Origin: Fistulifera solaris
Taxonomy: Eukaryota
Direction: 5' to 3'
DNA length: 64,000 nt
Assembly (NCBI GenBank): GCA_030295235.1
Contig: AP026162.1
Coordinates: forward strand, 2,418,001 to 2,482,000
Shown here: positions 11,984-24,148 of the stretch, piece by piece
Numbering within the stretch: position 1 is the first letter of the stretch
Layout of the letters: each line of letters opens with the position of its first letter
Position numbers and translations under genes: made by a program
The notes under the pieces: generated by a model
What the model saw: only the letters and a program-made list of their open reading frames with translations
What the model was told of the DNA's origin: nothing
The model's database searches: none

Positions 11984-13473
11984 ATGTCGTTCTACAATTC
12001 TCTTCTCGAGCCTCTCCCGGCATCTAAGCTCCAGCCTCATCAGATTATCAAGTTCGAAGATGGTGACGTTTTGCCTGTCTACCGATTTCGAAGAAATCTT
12101 TTGAGCATCGACTGTTTCGCGGGAGATTCTTCCATTCATTCCATTCTACAGGACAATGGTACTCTCATATCGATCACGTGTTCACGTGTGCAGTGCTATG
12201 GGCCACAAATCGTTGTTTTTGAAGACCCTGAGACCGCAGAGAAGCGGGTTGTCAAGTTGGTCGACCAAAGGTGCTTCTTTCTCTATTTCAATCAAGTGAA
12301 TTGCATGATTTTAGGAACGTCGGATCACGCGATTGCCGAGACGGCTCAGTTCCTCTAGAATCTAGAGGAAGACGATGATTCGTGGCGCATGGAAATCCGC
12401 AGCTCGAGACGTCGTTTTGATTTTGGTGTCTTTTCGTTCGCGCATCTTGCTTCTTTGCTGCGCTCACGCCCGAACATTCCAATCACATTGAGTGTTATGG
12501 GCATCACTCCCGATCAATCACGATTACTAGCGAATTACCCGGAAACGGTGAACATGCGTTTCAACGAGCTATTCTGCAATGTCTTTACCGATGAAGGGAA
12601 CACCTTTGTGAACGCTCTCGTCGAAAGAAACTCGTCGTTCGGCACTCTATGGCTATGGAATGAAAGCAATCTACAGGGTGTTACTTTCGAACGTATTCTA
12701 CAGGCAAAAGCAATCGACAAATTAGTTATGCCCACCGTCAGCGTTCAGCAGATACCTCGTGTTCGGCTCTGGTAAAGGAGGTCGACTTCACTATTGATGC
12801 CCGAGACATGAAGGCATTTGATTGGTCGAACATGAACATTGTTCCGAAGAAGCTGTCTCTGGAGTTCAATTGTGCTCATAGCTCTAACGAATCTGACGAG
12901 TCTATTTGCATGTTCTTCTTCCGTCTCGCTGAACTAGGCGATTTTACCAAATTCGATTAGAATTTCGAAGGAAACGGCAACATACCCACTCCAGTTTTCG
13001 AAGTGCTGATGTGTGCCGTCGAGGATAACCAAAAGCTGAGAGAATTGGCCTTGCATCGACTGTCTTACAAAGTTTGTCCGTTTCTTCAGCAAATTTTTGG
13101 AAGAGTCATGGCACGCCACCAAGGATTGCATTCCTTGAGTATTTCTGATTCAATCTTGCGAATGGTGGATCCCAAACATACTTTGTTGAAGCAGCTCTTG
13201 AATCGCAACAGGAAAATCCAAGGGATTGGTTTTGGAGACGCCCATGATAAAGTGGGCTACTATGAGACCGAGATTCGTAAGCTTTATGCGTTCAACCGAT
13301 TCTTTCAAGACTTTGCGCATCTACCGATGGAATCACTGTCTCTTGTGCCGTCGCTCCTCGGAAACGCGTTGACCGGCTGTGCTAGCCGTGACTTTCGATG
13401 GTCTGCTTTCCTGATGGCGTACCATTCGGATGCTCTGTGTCAACTCGTGGAGAACTCACCTTGCCTTCGATGA
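11984..13473 (+). pseudogene. Same family, copy G (subfamily I) with a nonsense mutation and frameshifts
   Basis: The conserved Trp of AETAxFLW is an in-frame TAG (12356-12358), and the ORF at 12389 continues in the same frame. C-terminal YAFNRFF and SAFLMAYHSDALC are present. Confidence 0.8.
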
Positions 13474-13882
13474 GTGCGAGTGAATTCGATAATATTGGTA
13501 CTGTACCCGAGCCTAGCACGATGGAGAGTTTTCTCCAGTCTGTCCGTAACGAATTCTTCTGTTACGACGATATGTCGCTCTAGTTTGCGAACTGAAATAC
13601 TATAACGCGAAGTTGGCGACAGATAAATAATTTCATATTACCTTCTCTCTTCGATAACTTGGCATCTTAGTACTCATAGTTGCTGCGGACCGGTATATCA
13701 TGCACACCTCATGCTTGTCTACTTGATCCTTTTGATCAAAACGAGACCTTAAAATCTGAAACACGACTTTGAGTGCTCCGCAATCGCGTGCATTCCTGGG
13801 TGCATCGAAGTGCTCTATTGCGGTCACCTTCATTTATTCGTTGCATACCGCGCTTTTGTCTCTCGACTGTCCTATACCCCTT

Positions 13883-15121
13883 TCAATGCTCTTCAAATCC
13901 AAACGACGTTTCCGTATCCATGGCATGATTGGCCAACCAATCCGCCCGTTTGTTGTACTCGCGCGCAATGTGCGTGACGCTAATGTCTTGAAATTCCTGC
14001 ATGACGTCCCGCGTGGGTCCCCACAATTCTTTTAACTTTGGATCCCGCACTTGATACACCCCATTCAATTGTTTGACGACCAATTCGCTATCCCCCTGCG
14101 CTTGAATGCGCTGAATGCCCAACGATTTCGCACACAACAATCCCAATAATATGGAATGATATTCGGCCATGTTGTTGCTCATCGGCGGCAAAAATTTCCA
14201 TCCACACCAGACTTCGTGTCCTTGATCATCAAATAAGACCATGCCACACCCCGATTTCCCCGCCGGATTGCCCCGGGCACCTCCATCGAATTGCAACAAA
14301 TAAGTGCGTTGCGGATCAATGATGGTGGTGGTGCTTGTCGTATCCTGATTCTCGTTAGAAATGGTTGGGTTGTCATTACTACTACTTTCATTCGGAATCG
14401 CCGGCCACACGCCTTTGTTTTCGTCCGAAGACGCCTGTTGCTGCGATGCCGTCATCGGAATGAGCACAGGCGGCACCGATGGTTTGCGTTGTTTCCCTTG
14501 TCCCGTGAATGCATGTCCCATGGGATCTCCTTGTGGTTGTGACAAGGACGATTTGTTGGTCGCCAAGGCCCGTTTCGCCAATTCCGTCGCTTCCTCGACG
14601 TTTGGCACGATGCGGACCCGAAACGTTTGGAGGCGTTCTTCGACCAAATGCATGACTTGCCAATAGAGCGGTTTCATAATGCGTTTTTCCATGGGAAAGA
14701 TGCCTTGCAATTGTTTCGCCAAGACGGCATGATCCGTTTCCAACATCAAATGTTGGACTCCCAACTGAATGGCGTAATGCAATCCGACAATGAGTGCGGA
14801 ATATTCCGCCAACGACAGTGCACGATCACTGGGAAAATAGTGTCGGGCCGTCAATGTAGAACTAGAATCTTTCAACACAATCCCGATCCCGGTGCCATCG
14901 GCATTGAGTTTACTGTATCCTTTGGTTTGTAAAATATACGTGTGTTGGGGATTGAGAAGAAGTGATGAAGTCGTCGAGTGAAAGGCCGATTGAGGAGAGG
15001 ATGGGACTTCGAGAGAAGCTTCTAAAAAGGAAGGAGTGATGGTCGATGCACTTCTCCGAGCGGATCTCCATATTCGATCCAGAAAAAAGAGAGGACGACG
15101 AGTCTGATTTAGGATCATCAT
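13883..15121 (-). CDS. RNase HI-like protein with two tandem RNase H domains (N-terminal one degenerate), likely organelle-targeted; start codon uncertain
   Basis: C-terminal domain: LQFDGGARGNP, NNMAEY, GDSELVVKQL, REYNKRADWLAN. N-terminal domain: LQTKGYSK, LAEYSAL, TDHAVLAKQL. Arg/Ser-rich N-terminus. Confidence 0.9.
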   Translation of the reverse strand: MMILNQTRRPLFFLDRIWRSARRSASTITPSFLEASLEVPSSPQSAFHSTTSSLLLNPQHTYILQTKGYSKLNADGTGIGIVLKDSSSTLTARHYFPSDRALSLAEYSALIVGLHYAIQLGVQHLMLETDHAVLAKQLQGIFPMEKRIMKPLYWQVMHLVEERLQTFRVRIVPNVEEATELAKRALATNKSSLSQPQGDPMGHAFTGQGKQRKPSVPPVLIPMTASQQQASSDENKGVWPAIPNESSSNDNPTISNENQDTTSTTTIIDPQRTYLLQFDGGARGNPAGKSGCGMVLFDDQGHEVWCGWKFLPPMSNNMAEYHSILLGLLCAKSLGIQRIQAQGDSELVVKQLNGVYQVRDPKLKELWGPTRDVMQEFQDISVTHIAREYNKRADWLANHAMDTETSFGFEEH

Positions 15122-15547
15122 GGCGGATGTCGGGAGAAAGAATGCAGTTATTATGAACGAATAAAGAAACAAATAGGGCCGTTTCCTATCCGCCTGCACC
15201 ATGCATAAAAGAAATAAGTATGTCGAGAAAGAGGATACAGACAGAGAATGAGGCTCCAGCAACGTCAAATATCAGAGGATGGTTTGCTGTTATAATAACG
15301 TGATGTTATTGTTGGGAGACTTCCGTTAGGTCTCCAACCAGGGTGAACCTCTTCCGATAGCTCTCCCGTTAGGAGAGACGTTAACTGACTACATTCAACT
15401 TTACAGTAGAGTACGCGCCATTGGATGTGGTACTAATTACTTAGAATCTACTTAGGTTGCTCGATAAAGTAACAAAGCCTTATGAATGACAGTCCCGGAT
15501 GATTCATGAATCACCCCTCTAAGATAACCAAATCCTCAATAAACAAT

Positions 15548-15689
15548 AGTCAGCGAGCGCGACCGCTCTTGATAAAGAAAAGTCAGCGAGCGCGACCGCT
15601 CTCAATTGTCAATAAAGAAAAACCAGCCTACGTGACCCTGATGCAGCGAGCGCGACCTTCCAATAAAGAAAAACCCAGCCTACGTGACC
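15548..15689. repeat. Subterminal direct repeats of the MULE
   Basis: CAGCGAGCGCGACC x3 and CAATAAAGAAAA(A/C)..CCAGCCTACGTGACC x2. Confidence 0.85.
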
Positions 15690-15806
15690 TTCCACCGATC
15701 AAGGCTTTCGTCGAAAACTACTTCGTAAATAATCAAAACCCAATCTACACAATTTCAGTTTCAAACTAGACTTGGTTGATTAATATCACACATTACTCTA
15801 TACGTG

Positions 15807-16355
15807 TCATTCAGCCAATTGAAACATAACATCAAATACAAAAGGTCGGAGATCATCTCCGACTCCAATCTCCGAAATAGAGTCAAGGAACCATGTCCTC
15901 TCATTGAGGGCACGTCGACCATGTTTCAGAATTGTCGCCGCATAAAAACATACATATGGTCCGCAACTATGGCCATCATGTTGCAATAGTTTATTGGGAA
16001 GACGCATTTCTTGGTATTCCCACGGAGCGAAATCGGGTAATGTTGATTCCTGCTGCTCGCTTGTTGACGGCATTCTAATTGCTGCCTCACCGCACGCGAA
16101 TTTAAATAAACCTGAAAGCCAGACAGCATTAGAGTAGTGATCGTCCGGATCTTCGAGGGAGTCGAGCGAATAAATAACTCGATTATCGGCATCAACCACC
16201 ATCAACCACCAGTGCCTCTCCTTGCACATAGGGAATAAATGAATGCCCAAATTGTTCGATTTTGTCATAGAATTCAATGCCACAAACGCTGAACTAAGCT
16301 GCAGTCTACCCTCTCTCTTAATATTTTGGTTGGCGGAATCCCACAGATTACTCAT
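15807..16355 (-). CDS. Ulp1/SENP-like (peptidase C48) domain inside the MULE
   Basis: FPMCKERHWWLMVVD...IYSLDSL...QHDGHSCGPYV gives the H-D-Q-C catalytic order of C48 proteases. Confidence 0.88.
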   Translation of the reverse strand: MSNLWDSANQNIKREGRLQLSSAFVALNSMTKSNNLGIHLFPMCKERHWWLMVVDADNRVIYSLDSLEDPDDHYSNAVWLSGLFKFACGEAAIRMPSTSEQQESTLPDFAPWEYQEMRLPNKLLQHDGHSCGPYVCFYAATILKHGRRALNERTWFLDSISEIGVGDDLRPFVFDVMFQLAE

Positions 16356-18389
16356 GACATACGACGGGTGTGCAATAACTCCCTCATCCGTTCACGGTCT
16401 TGCTTGTTATGCTTTCAAGGAAACTGTTCACAATCGCGTCATTGAAATAACATTGCGAGTTCATAATTTCAAGGCATTCACTGGTTATGGATGCCGTGGC
16501 ACCACTTAGCACCTTGATATGATGCTTCTTTCCCTCTTCAGGTCGTGGACGACTCCGCGACCTTTATCAACGCCCTTTGCACTGGATTGCAAAAAGGAGT
16601 GACCGAAGAGATCCCCTGGCATCTTCTTTGTTGTAAATCAGATCGTTTCCATTCTTTCTTGTCCCTACAGTGATAAATGATTCTATTCCACTTCTTTCCT
16701 TTTGCTGTCTCTGCAAGAGTATTCCGCGACGTGGATTGCAATATTGTTCTCACTCACAAGTCCTCGCTGGTTTGCTTCATGCTTTTCGGGTTGAAGCCCT
16801 TCTTTTCATCGTTAAATCATTTGTTTCCGTTTTCCGTAAATGATTCTGGAATATCAAACTCGTGTTCTTGAACCAAACAATTTAATTGCTCAATGGTTCC
16901 CACAAATGGATAAGCTGTGTCGTAAAAATAGGATACGATCTTTGATGGTTCATCAGTAATGACTGGGGGTTGCAAAGGGGCTACTCCAATTTGCCTTACT
17001 TGTTGTCGACGTAATGAAAATTGATTTTCATTTCTGGGATCTACAATCTTACCGTCTCAGGTCGAAGGGTGTTCTCAAGAATTGTGATGAGGTCCCACTA
17101 GTGGCAGTAGCGGGACTTGTTATAGCTCTCACGAAGTTCTTCTGGTTTTCGGAATACCCACTGAAAATGAACTTGAGAGCGCTTCATTTTGTGCCAAGTT
17201 CTTTCTTCGCAGATCTAGCCGGCATTTTCAGGAAATGCGACGAATCGTCACTGAGATTACCGGATTTGGCGGGACTTGCATTCTTCTTTTGGATGTCTAA
17301 TCGCCTTTTAAATACATGTGATGAATCGTCACTAGCAGACGTGGGCGGGACTTGCATTAGTGGGTTCTGTCTTCGGTATCTTTATAATCATATCTTCAGG
17401 AATCGTGATACTTCGGTTGTTGGACTGTTTCGAATGAGATCTTGGCAGTGCTCTCAGATTACCCCTCTTCATAGTTGGCATCTCAACTATGGAAGAAACT
17501 GCTGTGGCGGGACTTCCTGCTTTTGCTTCTGCAATCGGTGGCGGTTTCAACTTCTTTTTTACGGGCATGAGTCGGGCCTTTGGCTCTGGAATTTGCTGTC
17601 AGTTTCGATCTTTTCCTTTTTGTGTTGTATTCTCATTCATTGAAGACTCGATAGTCAAGGCATGAGCTCTGATATCAGGTGGTGGCTTCAGATTTTGACT
17701 CTTCATGGTCGGCCTCTCAAAGATTGACGAATCAGTTGTGGCGGGACTTGTTCCTTCAGCTTTTTGATTTGGTGGCTGTTTCGGCCGCTTTCCTCTTTCT
17801 CGTTGCCATTTTGACTAATGAAAAATCTGTTGTTGCTGGACTGGAAGCACAAGCTGTTGTGGTCGGCGGTGGTTTCAAATTCGGTCTGGATGCGGTCGCT
17901 GTCTTCAATATCGATGACTTTGGCGGTAGATGGACTTGCCTTCATGCTTTTTAAATTCAAGTTACTTGTTTGGATCTCCTCTTTGTTCTAGTTGTTGGCA
18001 TTTCATTTACTGAATATTCTGTTGTTGCGGGACTTGAGGCAAAAGCATTATGTGCGGTGCTTGGTTCCACATCTTCATCCTCTAGAATTGTCGACAGATG
18101 ACCCGAGTGTGCACTGTTCAGACGGGAATCGTCATGGATGCCTACCTCGACATCATCAACCATGGTCAATTCTTGTTCGTGACTTCTTCTTTCCGTGTAA
18201 TCCTTGTCACGAATAATTACTACAATATCTCGGTTACTACCTGACGGAGCAAGGTCCATATCCAGAAGATAGTTATTTTCGTTGTCGTCTTCAGCGTGAA
18301 TTTCTGCAGCGTCTTCTCCAGTAAGCTTTAAAATCCGTGACTGGACAATGGCATTGGCTGCATCAGAGTCTTCTACTAAGCCAATCTTG

Positions 18390-20700
18390 TCAATATTGTG
18401 AAGGCCATGTCCTCCCGGAGGTATCATCGTTGTCCAAATCTTCAGAAGTAATTCCTGCATCCATGTCAATGACGCATGTTGGGAAATGGTTGACCAGAAT
18501 TGCGCCAGTTTCAAGTAATGCAGGATCCATGTACCTTCGATCATCTTTGAGGTAGTCCAGACACTGTCGAATTGTGTGATTCGGTGATCTGCAGTGAAAG
18601 CAGTGCCGAGGTAAGGGCTTGCCGTCTCTACGCTTTGCGTCCAAGAGTTGATTCTAGCTGTTGCATGTGTTCCGCCTTTGGTTTGGTCCCAAAATCAAAC
18701 AGACCATCGGGCGGCAATCGCTTCTGCTATTGCATCGTTATTTCGACTGAGCTTGTTCTTTGAACTTGGCTCATACTCCTTTGTCATTCGTGCTGATTCC
18801 AGCGCCGATTGCTTCTTTTTCTTTGACTTACGTGGTCCCGGTTCACCATTACTGATTATTCTGTTCCCCGAGTTAAGCTTGTCAGTGTAAGTTGGTGATG
18901 GATAAATGTTTTCTGATTGATAAGCAAGCTTGATATCCCCAAATCCCCGGACGCCAAGTCGCCGGATAGTTGTTAAGAAACTCTGTAAGGAAGCCGGCGA
19001 TCACCACTTGTCGGAACTTTTCCAAACTCTTCGTGAGAATTGCGAAAACACAGAGGGTGGGATTGAGGGCCAAGTTGAGGATCTTGTACGTGAAACAAGG
19101 TTGATGTGGCCGCAGTAGATTTCCGCATCGCTGTTCTACTGCAGGAGCAGTACAGGGACGGAGTGCTCGTGGGTTCATAAGTAACATACTCCGTCTTCTT
19201 GTGCTTTTCAGCTGCATAATTTGAATTTCAAACTGCCATCGGGCATCCTTCAGCATCCTCTATTACAAAATCTAGATCTTCATTGCCTGTATCTTGCAAG
19301 CTTCGAAAGTATATGGTGAGGAACCTAGCAGATTTGGTTGTTATTTCATCTCGAAATTGTCGAAGAGATTCGGCAGCCGCCATCAAAAAAGTTAGAAATG
19401 GCTAGTGGAGGGGTATTAGTCCTCACTTCATGATGTAGAAGCCACTGCTGGGCCGATTCGACATGATTTGTTGAACAGAAACCATATAAAGGGAACTTGT
19501 TTCCAACTGGCACGTGATCGTTGAGCAACCACCTCCATTCGCCGACGTCTCCACTTATCTCTGTGAAGCCATTCACTTCAGCTAGATAGGTAAAATATAG
19601 GGGCTCCCACATAGATTCATGTTGACTCGGTGTATTTCCAAACACAGTCCAATGAGTAGGATGAATTGTCCCAAGAACATAGATAACAATTCGCTGCACC
19701 GGTACTAAGAGTTTCGTTTTCTTCAATTTGTGGAAGCGCTTTGACAAGCTTCTTCGCAGCATCCAAGAAGGCGTTAACATCTGGAGCGCTTTGCATCTCG
19801 CGCGATAAACCAAGCGACCGCTCTGCCCTCTCAGCGATCGTTGATTGATATTGAATAGATGGTAAATGTTTCAAGAATATGAATCAAGCAATACTTCACG
19901 GAAACAACCAGTCCATAATGTTCTGCCAACTGCCGGCGAGAATGTGTCCTCGGTCAGTGAATACTGGAAACTCTTCGAAATTGAACCCAGCTTGATACAT
20001 CATGAGAAGGATATATATCATCCCTTGCTTGTTTTCCGAGGGAATCAACCCAAAACCAAGTGGAATGTTACTTCCATTTCCATCGACCCCTATGATCGGG
20101 ACTCCAATTCCATCGTGTTCGGGTATACGGATGTGTGTTCCGTCTAAAAGATTGCAGGAATGCAGGCATTTCTAAAGAAGTGCGCGGCATTCTCAATGAA
20201 CACAGTTGACCGAAAAAAGCATGAGTTCTGGTCAGTTTCTAAATTGACGGAGGCATTTGGATTTAGCTCGACATATTTCCGAAGATACTGGGCCAACAGC
20301 TCATTGTACATCAACAAATCCTTTCGGTAGACCTCACGGAAGTGTTTCTTGAGATTTGAATGCATTGTCGGGCCAACTTCGATGTCGAAACCCTCTTTCC
20401 TGAGGACGGCGTTGAGATTCTTGCGAGTAGCATGACTGTCGAAGTTTGGTGCCTGGAAGCATGTTTTGAAGAAGTCTTGAACAGCAGGAATGTTCTGCAC
20501 TATCATTGATTTTCTGCGGCAGTCCTTTGGGAGGTCGTTTGTTGGAGTGCAAAACAAACTGTGCCTGAAGTTAGTACTAGGATGGTCGTGTAGCAATCGA
20601 AGTTCGCCGTTTTCTTCCTTGAACTTAAGTGAGAACGTTTTGCAGCAAGTGCACACGTAGCAAGGGCTTTCTCCGTGCTTGCTGACATCTCGTAAGAGCT
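18390..20700 (-). CDS. MULE DDE transposase with SWIM and CCHC zinc motifs, fragmented by frameshifts
   Basis: Manual translation: LDGTH (~20140), GVDGNGSNIPLGFGLIPSE, VFTDRG (~19955), YCLIH (CxxH, ~19885), TNHVES (~19465). SWIM-like CSC...CGH at ~19110-19150; CFHCRSPNHTIRQC at ~18565-18605. Confidence 0.9.
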
Positions 20701-21563
20701 TTCGATCGCATTACACAAAAGCGATGCTGCGGAGAAGCTCCTCGTGATCATCCTCAGGGATCGGTTTGTCATAGAGAAACTTTTCAAAATCATACGGACC
20801 GGTTGGAGGAAGTGCCCCATATTTTTGCATAATCGTGACGAATGATCGTCGCCCTTCGTTTCAATGATCGACATGTTAATGTTGTAAAAGAGCAACAGTA
20901 GGAACGGAAGGGCAACTATGACAATAAGGAATGCAGCGTTCTGATCATCTTGTCGGCAGTCGGAACGGAACAAACGCACAACGCGAACGATTGTGCGGTT
21001 ATTGTGCGTGACCTAAGTAGAACTAATGATGGATGGAAGGCCTTTAAGTAATTAGTACCACATCCAATGGCGCGTACTCTACTGTAAAGTTGAATGTAGT
21101 CAGTTAACGTCTCTCCTAACGGGAGAGCTATCGGAAGAGGTTCACCCTGGTTGGAGACCTAACGGAAGTCTCCCGTTATTGTTGTTTTATTATGCCCGCC
21201 GCCACTGCAAAATTTCGAAAAATGCGTCGGTCAATCATCCACAGAGGTTCGGGTTTGATGAGGAGGAGGTCAAACGTCAAACGCTCACTCCCGTCAACTG
21301 TATTCATGAATATGACATCATCAAGACACGATGCGCGTTGCTCGACATCATCCACGCGTACGAAATAATGACGTCACATTGTGATGGCGGCCGCCCAAAA
21401 TCTTTCGTTCCAATCAAAACCCTCGACGACGACATCCCTTCTTGCGGTTGTTGATGTTATTATTGTTGTTGCTGCAGTAATATATTCTTCTTTTCTTCTT
21501 ATTTAGCGCAACGCAGAGAACCAAATTACGCTTCCTAGGCATCATCATCCGAAAATAAGAATA

Positions 21564-22862
21564 ATGTTGGTATCTTTGTTGCAGAAAAGCAGTCGCCCGA
21601 TGATGTCGATGCAGAAGACTCTTCCAAAATTCTTGTCGACCATGGCGCGTACGACATCCGCGGCCGTGCACATTGATCGTTTCACTCCTTCTTCGACTAC
21701 TAGTACTACTACACACTACGACCAGCGCCTTCCGAATGAAGTGAATCAACGCAATGCCTTGTATCAAGACGAAGCCGCCCGGACCTTGGGTGATGTCACG
21801 GCGTCCGTGCGTCACGATTGGACGAAAGACGAAATTGCTGCCATTTATAGTTTGCCGTTTTATGAATTGATGCATCGCGCCAGTATGGTCCATCGCATGT
21901 ACTGGAATCCCGCCGAAGTCCAACAATGCACCTTACTGAGTATCAAGACGGGCGGATGCACGGAAGATTGTAAATATTGCAGTCAATCGACGCGCTATAA
22001 AACGTTTGTGAAACCGACGCCGACGATGAAAGTCCAAGAAGTCTTGCAAGCGGCCCAACGGGCCAAAGACGCCGGATCGACCCGATTTTGTATGGGTGCC
22101 GCGTGGCGGGAATTGGGCAACAAACAAAATGCGTTCGGGCACATTCTCGAAATGGTGAAGGGCGTCAATGCCATGGGATTGGAAGTGTGTTGCACATTGG
22201 GCATGTTGACAGCCGAACAAGCCCGCCAATTGAAACAAGCGGGATTGACGGCGTACAATCACAACCTGGATACGTCACCCGAGCATTACCCGAACGTCAT
22301 TACGACCCGCAGTTATGAAGATCGATTGCAAACGATTGCCAATGTACGAGATGCCGGCATTAGTGTGTGTTGTGGTGGTATTTTGGGATTGGGTGAGAAA
22401 GAAACGGATCGAGTGGGATTGTTGCACGTATTGGCGACCTTACCGGAACATCCGGAATCTGTGCCGATCAATGCTTTGGTGGCCGTCCAAGGAACGCCTT
22501 TGGGTGATCAACAACAAGAAGAAGATGATGATGCCATGAAGTCGGTCGATGTCTTTGATATGGCCCGCATGATTGCGACGGCTCGGATTGTCATGCCCCG
22601 GACGATGGTCCGTCTTTCGGCGGGACGATTGTCGTTCAGTGATGCAGAACAATTCCTCATGTTTCAAGCCGGTGCCAATTCCATTTTCAATGGTGACAAA
22701 TTGTTGACCACGTCGAATCCAGAATTTGACGCCGATCAAGCCTTGTTTCGCAAATTGGGCTTTCAAGGAAAACCCGCCCACCAAGGTCCTTTGGTCGCAC
22801 CGGCCGAAGCAGACGGACATGTCATTGTCACGCACGTGCGGGCGGAAGCGCAGTTGGCTTGA
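21564..22862 (+). CDS. BIO2: Biotin synthase (radical SAM), mitochondrial presequence likely
   Basis: LLSIKTGGCTEDCKYCSQS (CxxxCxxC), STRFCMGAAWR, YNHNLDTS, PESVPIN, RLSAGR, GANSIFNGDKLLTT. Confidence 0.97.
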   Translation: MLVSLLQKSSRPMMSMQKTLPKFLSTMARTTSAAVHIDRFTPSSTTSTTTHYDQRLPNEVNQRNALYQDEAARTLGDVTASVRHDWTKDEIAAIYSLPFYELMHRASMVHRMYWNPAEVQQCTLLSIKTGGCTEDCKYCSQSTRYKTFVKPTPTMKVQEVLQAAQRAKDAGSTRFCMGAAWRELGNKQNAFGHILEMVKGVNAMGLEVCCTLGMLTAEQARQLKQAGLTAYNHNLDTSPEHYPNVITTRSYEDRLQTIANVRDAGISVCCGGILGLGEKETDRVGLLHVLATLPEHPESVPINALVAVQGTPLGDQQQEEDDDAMKSVDVFDMARMIATARIVMPRTMVRLSAGRLSFSDAEQFLMFQAGANSIFNGDKLLTTSNPEFDADQALFRKLGFQGKPAHQGPLVAPAEADGHVIVTHVRAEAQLA

Positions 22863-23009
22863 AACAAGAAATAAGACGAAAAAAGAGACTAAAATTATGA
22901 TAAGTAATCACAGAAATACATATTGTTATAGTTGGTTTCCCACATCGTATTGAGTTCAACATGCATTGCTTGTTACATTTTCAACTCCACAGCCCCCTCT
23001 CTCTTTTTT

Positions 23010-23846
23010 TTAGTTGGACATGTTGTGTTCGACACGATCGACATCATCCAATTCCTCCAAAGCATCAATGATTTCCATATTCTTTTCAAATTCTTCGTCG
23101 GAACATTCGACGGGCGCTTTACTGACATAGATTAAGGACATTTCCAAACCTTGCTCGTATCCCATGGACTGAATGGCTTGAAACATGTTGGAGGTTTCCG
23201 ACGGATCGGTATAGACGCGAGTTGTTCCTTCTTCTACCACCAATTCCATATCGGAACATCCCGCTTCAATGGCGGCTTCCAAGACGGCTTCTTCTTCCAA
23301 CACGGCCGGTACTTGCACACATCCCTTCCGATCGTACAGGAACAAGACACTACCGGCTTCGGCCATTTTGCCTTCTCTCTTGGAGACAGTCGATCGGACA
23401 TCGGCTGTCGCGCGATTGTTGTTGTCGGTCAAGACATGAATGACCAACGAAGCACCCCCGAATCCGTATGCTTCAAAGATGGATTCCTTGAAATCACCAA
23501 CATTGCCTTCCGAGGCCTTTTTGATGGCCCGTTGAATGTTATCGACCGGGACACTTTGAGCCTTGGCCTGTTTCATGACATCCGCCAAGGCGCGATTGGC
23601 ATTGGGATCGGGACTGCCGCCTTGTTTGACGGCCATGATGATTTTTTTGCCAAAAATGGCGTTGGTTTTGGCTTTTCGGAGGTCGGTCTTGGCTTTGGTG
23701 GAGGCCCGGACGGCGGCGGCGCGGCCCATATCAAGTTGTGTAGTACTTGTAGTTGTCGTGGGTAATTGTGTTTGTGGTGTCACCATAAACGCCCAAGTGG
23801 GCGTGGCGAAGAACAGGGTCAATAGAATGAAGAGAGATTGTTGCAT
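23010..23846 (-). CDS. YebC/PmpR/TACO1-family protein with a bipartite plastid-targeting presequence
   Basis: GGSPDPNANRALA, YGFGG, LTDNNNRA, DALEELDDVDRVEHN; signal peptide ending TWA-F. Confidence 0.93.
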   Translation of the reverse strand: MQQSLFILLTLFFATPTWAFMVTPQTQLPTTTTSTTQLDMGRAAAVRASTKAKTDLRKAKTNAIFGKKIIMAVKQGGSPDPNANRALADVMKQAKAQSVPVDNIQRAIKKASEGNVGDFKESIFEAYGFGGASLVIHVLTDNNNRATADVRSTVSKREGKMAEAGSVLFLYDRKGCVQVPAVLEEEAVLEAAIEAGCSDMELVVEEGTTRVYTDPSETSNMFQAIQSMGYEQGLEMSLIYVSKAPVECSDEEFEKNMEIIDALEELDDVDRVEHNMSN

Positions 23847-24148
23847 GGTGTCGACGAGATGCGAGAGAAGTAATAATTTGTTCTGGAACGATTGCTACAA
23901 CGTCTTTGCTTCGATTCGTTCGTCAATTACAATTCGTTCTCGTCAGCTTTGAGTGATCTTTGATAAAGTAAAGACGTTTCGTTTGCTGCCCTGCTTGCTT
24001 TTGAACGATGTATTGTCGTATTGTCGTTGTTAAGGTCGTTGTCACTTTTTTCTTCGCCAACCAAATCGGCGGCGGAGAAAACGTGAAAGACACACCGTGC
24101 GTCAGTCTCGATAACTGTGTCGTAGTGGTACAATACTTTAGTCATGTG

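Larger units (their letters stand above)
15314..21174 (-). mobile_element. Mutator-like DNA transposon (MULE) carrying a Ulp1/C48 protease
   Basis: 130-bp TIRs at 15314-15443 and 21045-21174; perfect 9-bp TSD GTTATTGTT at 15305-15313 and 21175-21183; transposase and protease motifs inside. Confidence 0.95.

Noticed and set aside
1768..13473. The expanded family as a mobile element in its own right
   Set aside because: No shared TIRs, LTRs, poly-A tails, TSDs, or transposase/RT motifs were seen around or within the copies.
17014..17954. Plus-strand hydrophobic ORFs inside the MULE, and other antisense ORFs over real genes
   Set aside because: They are shadow frames of K/E/S-rich minus-strand coding sequence and have no motifs of their own.
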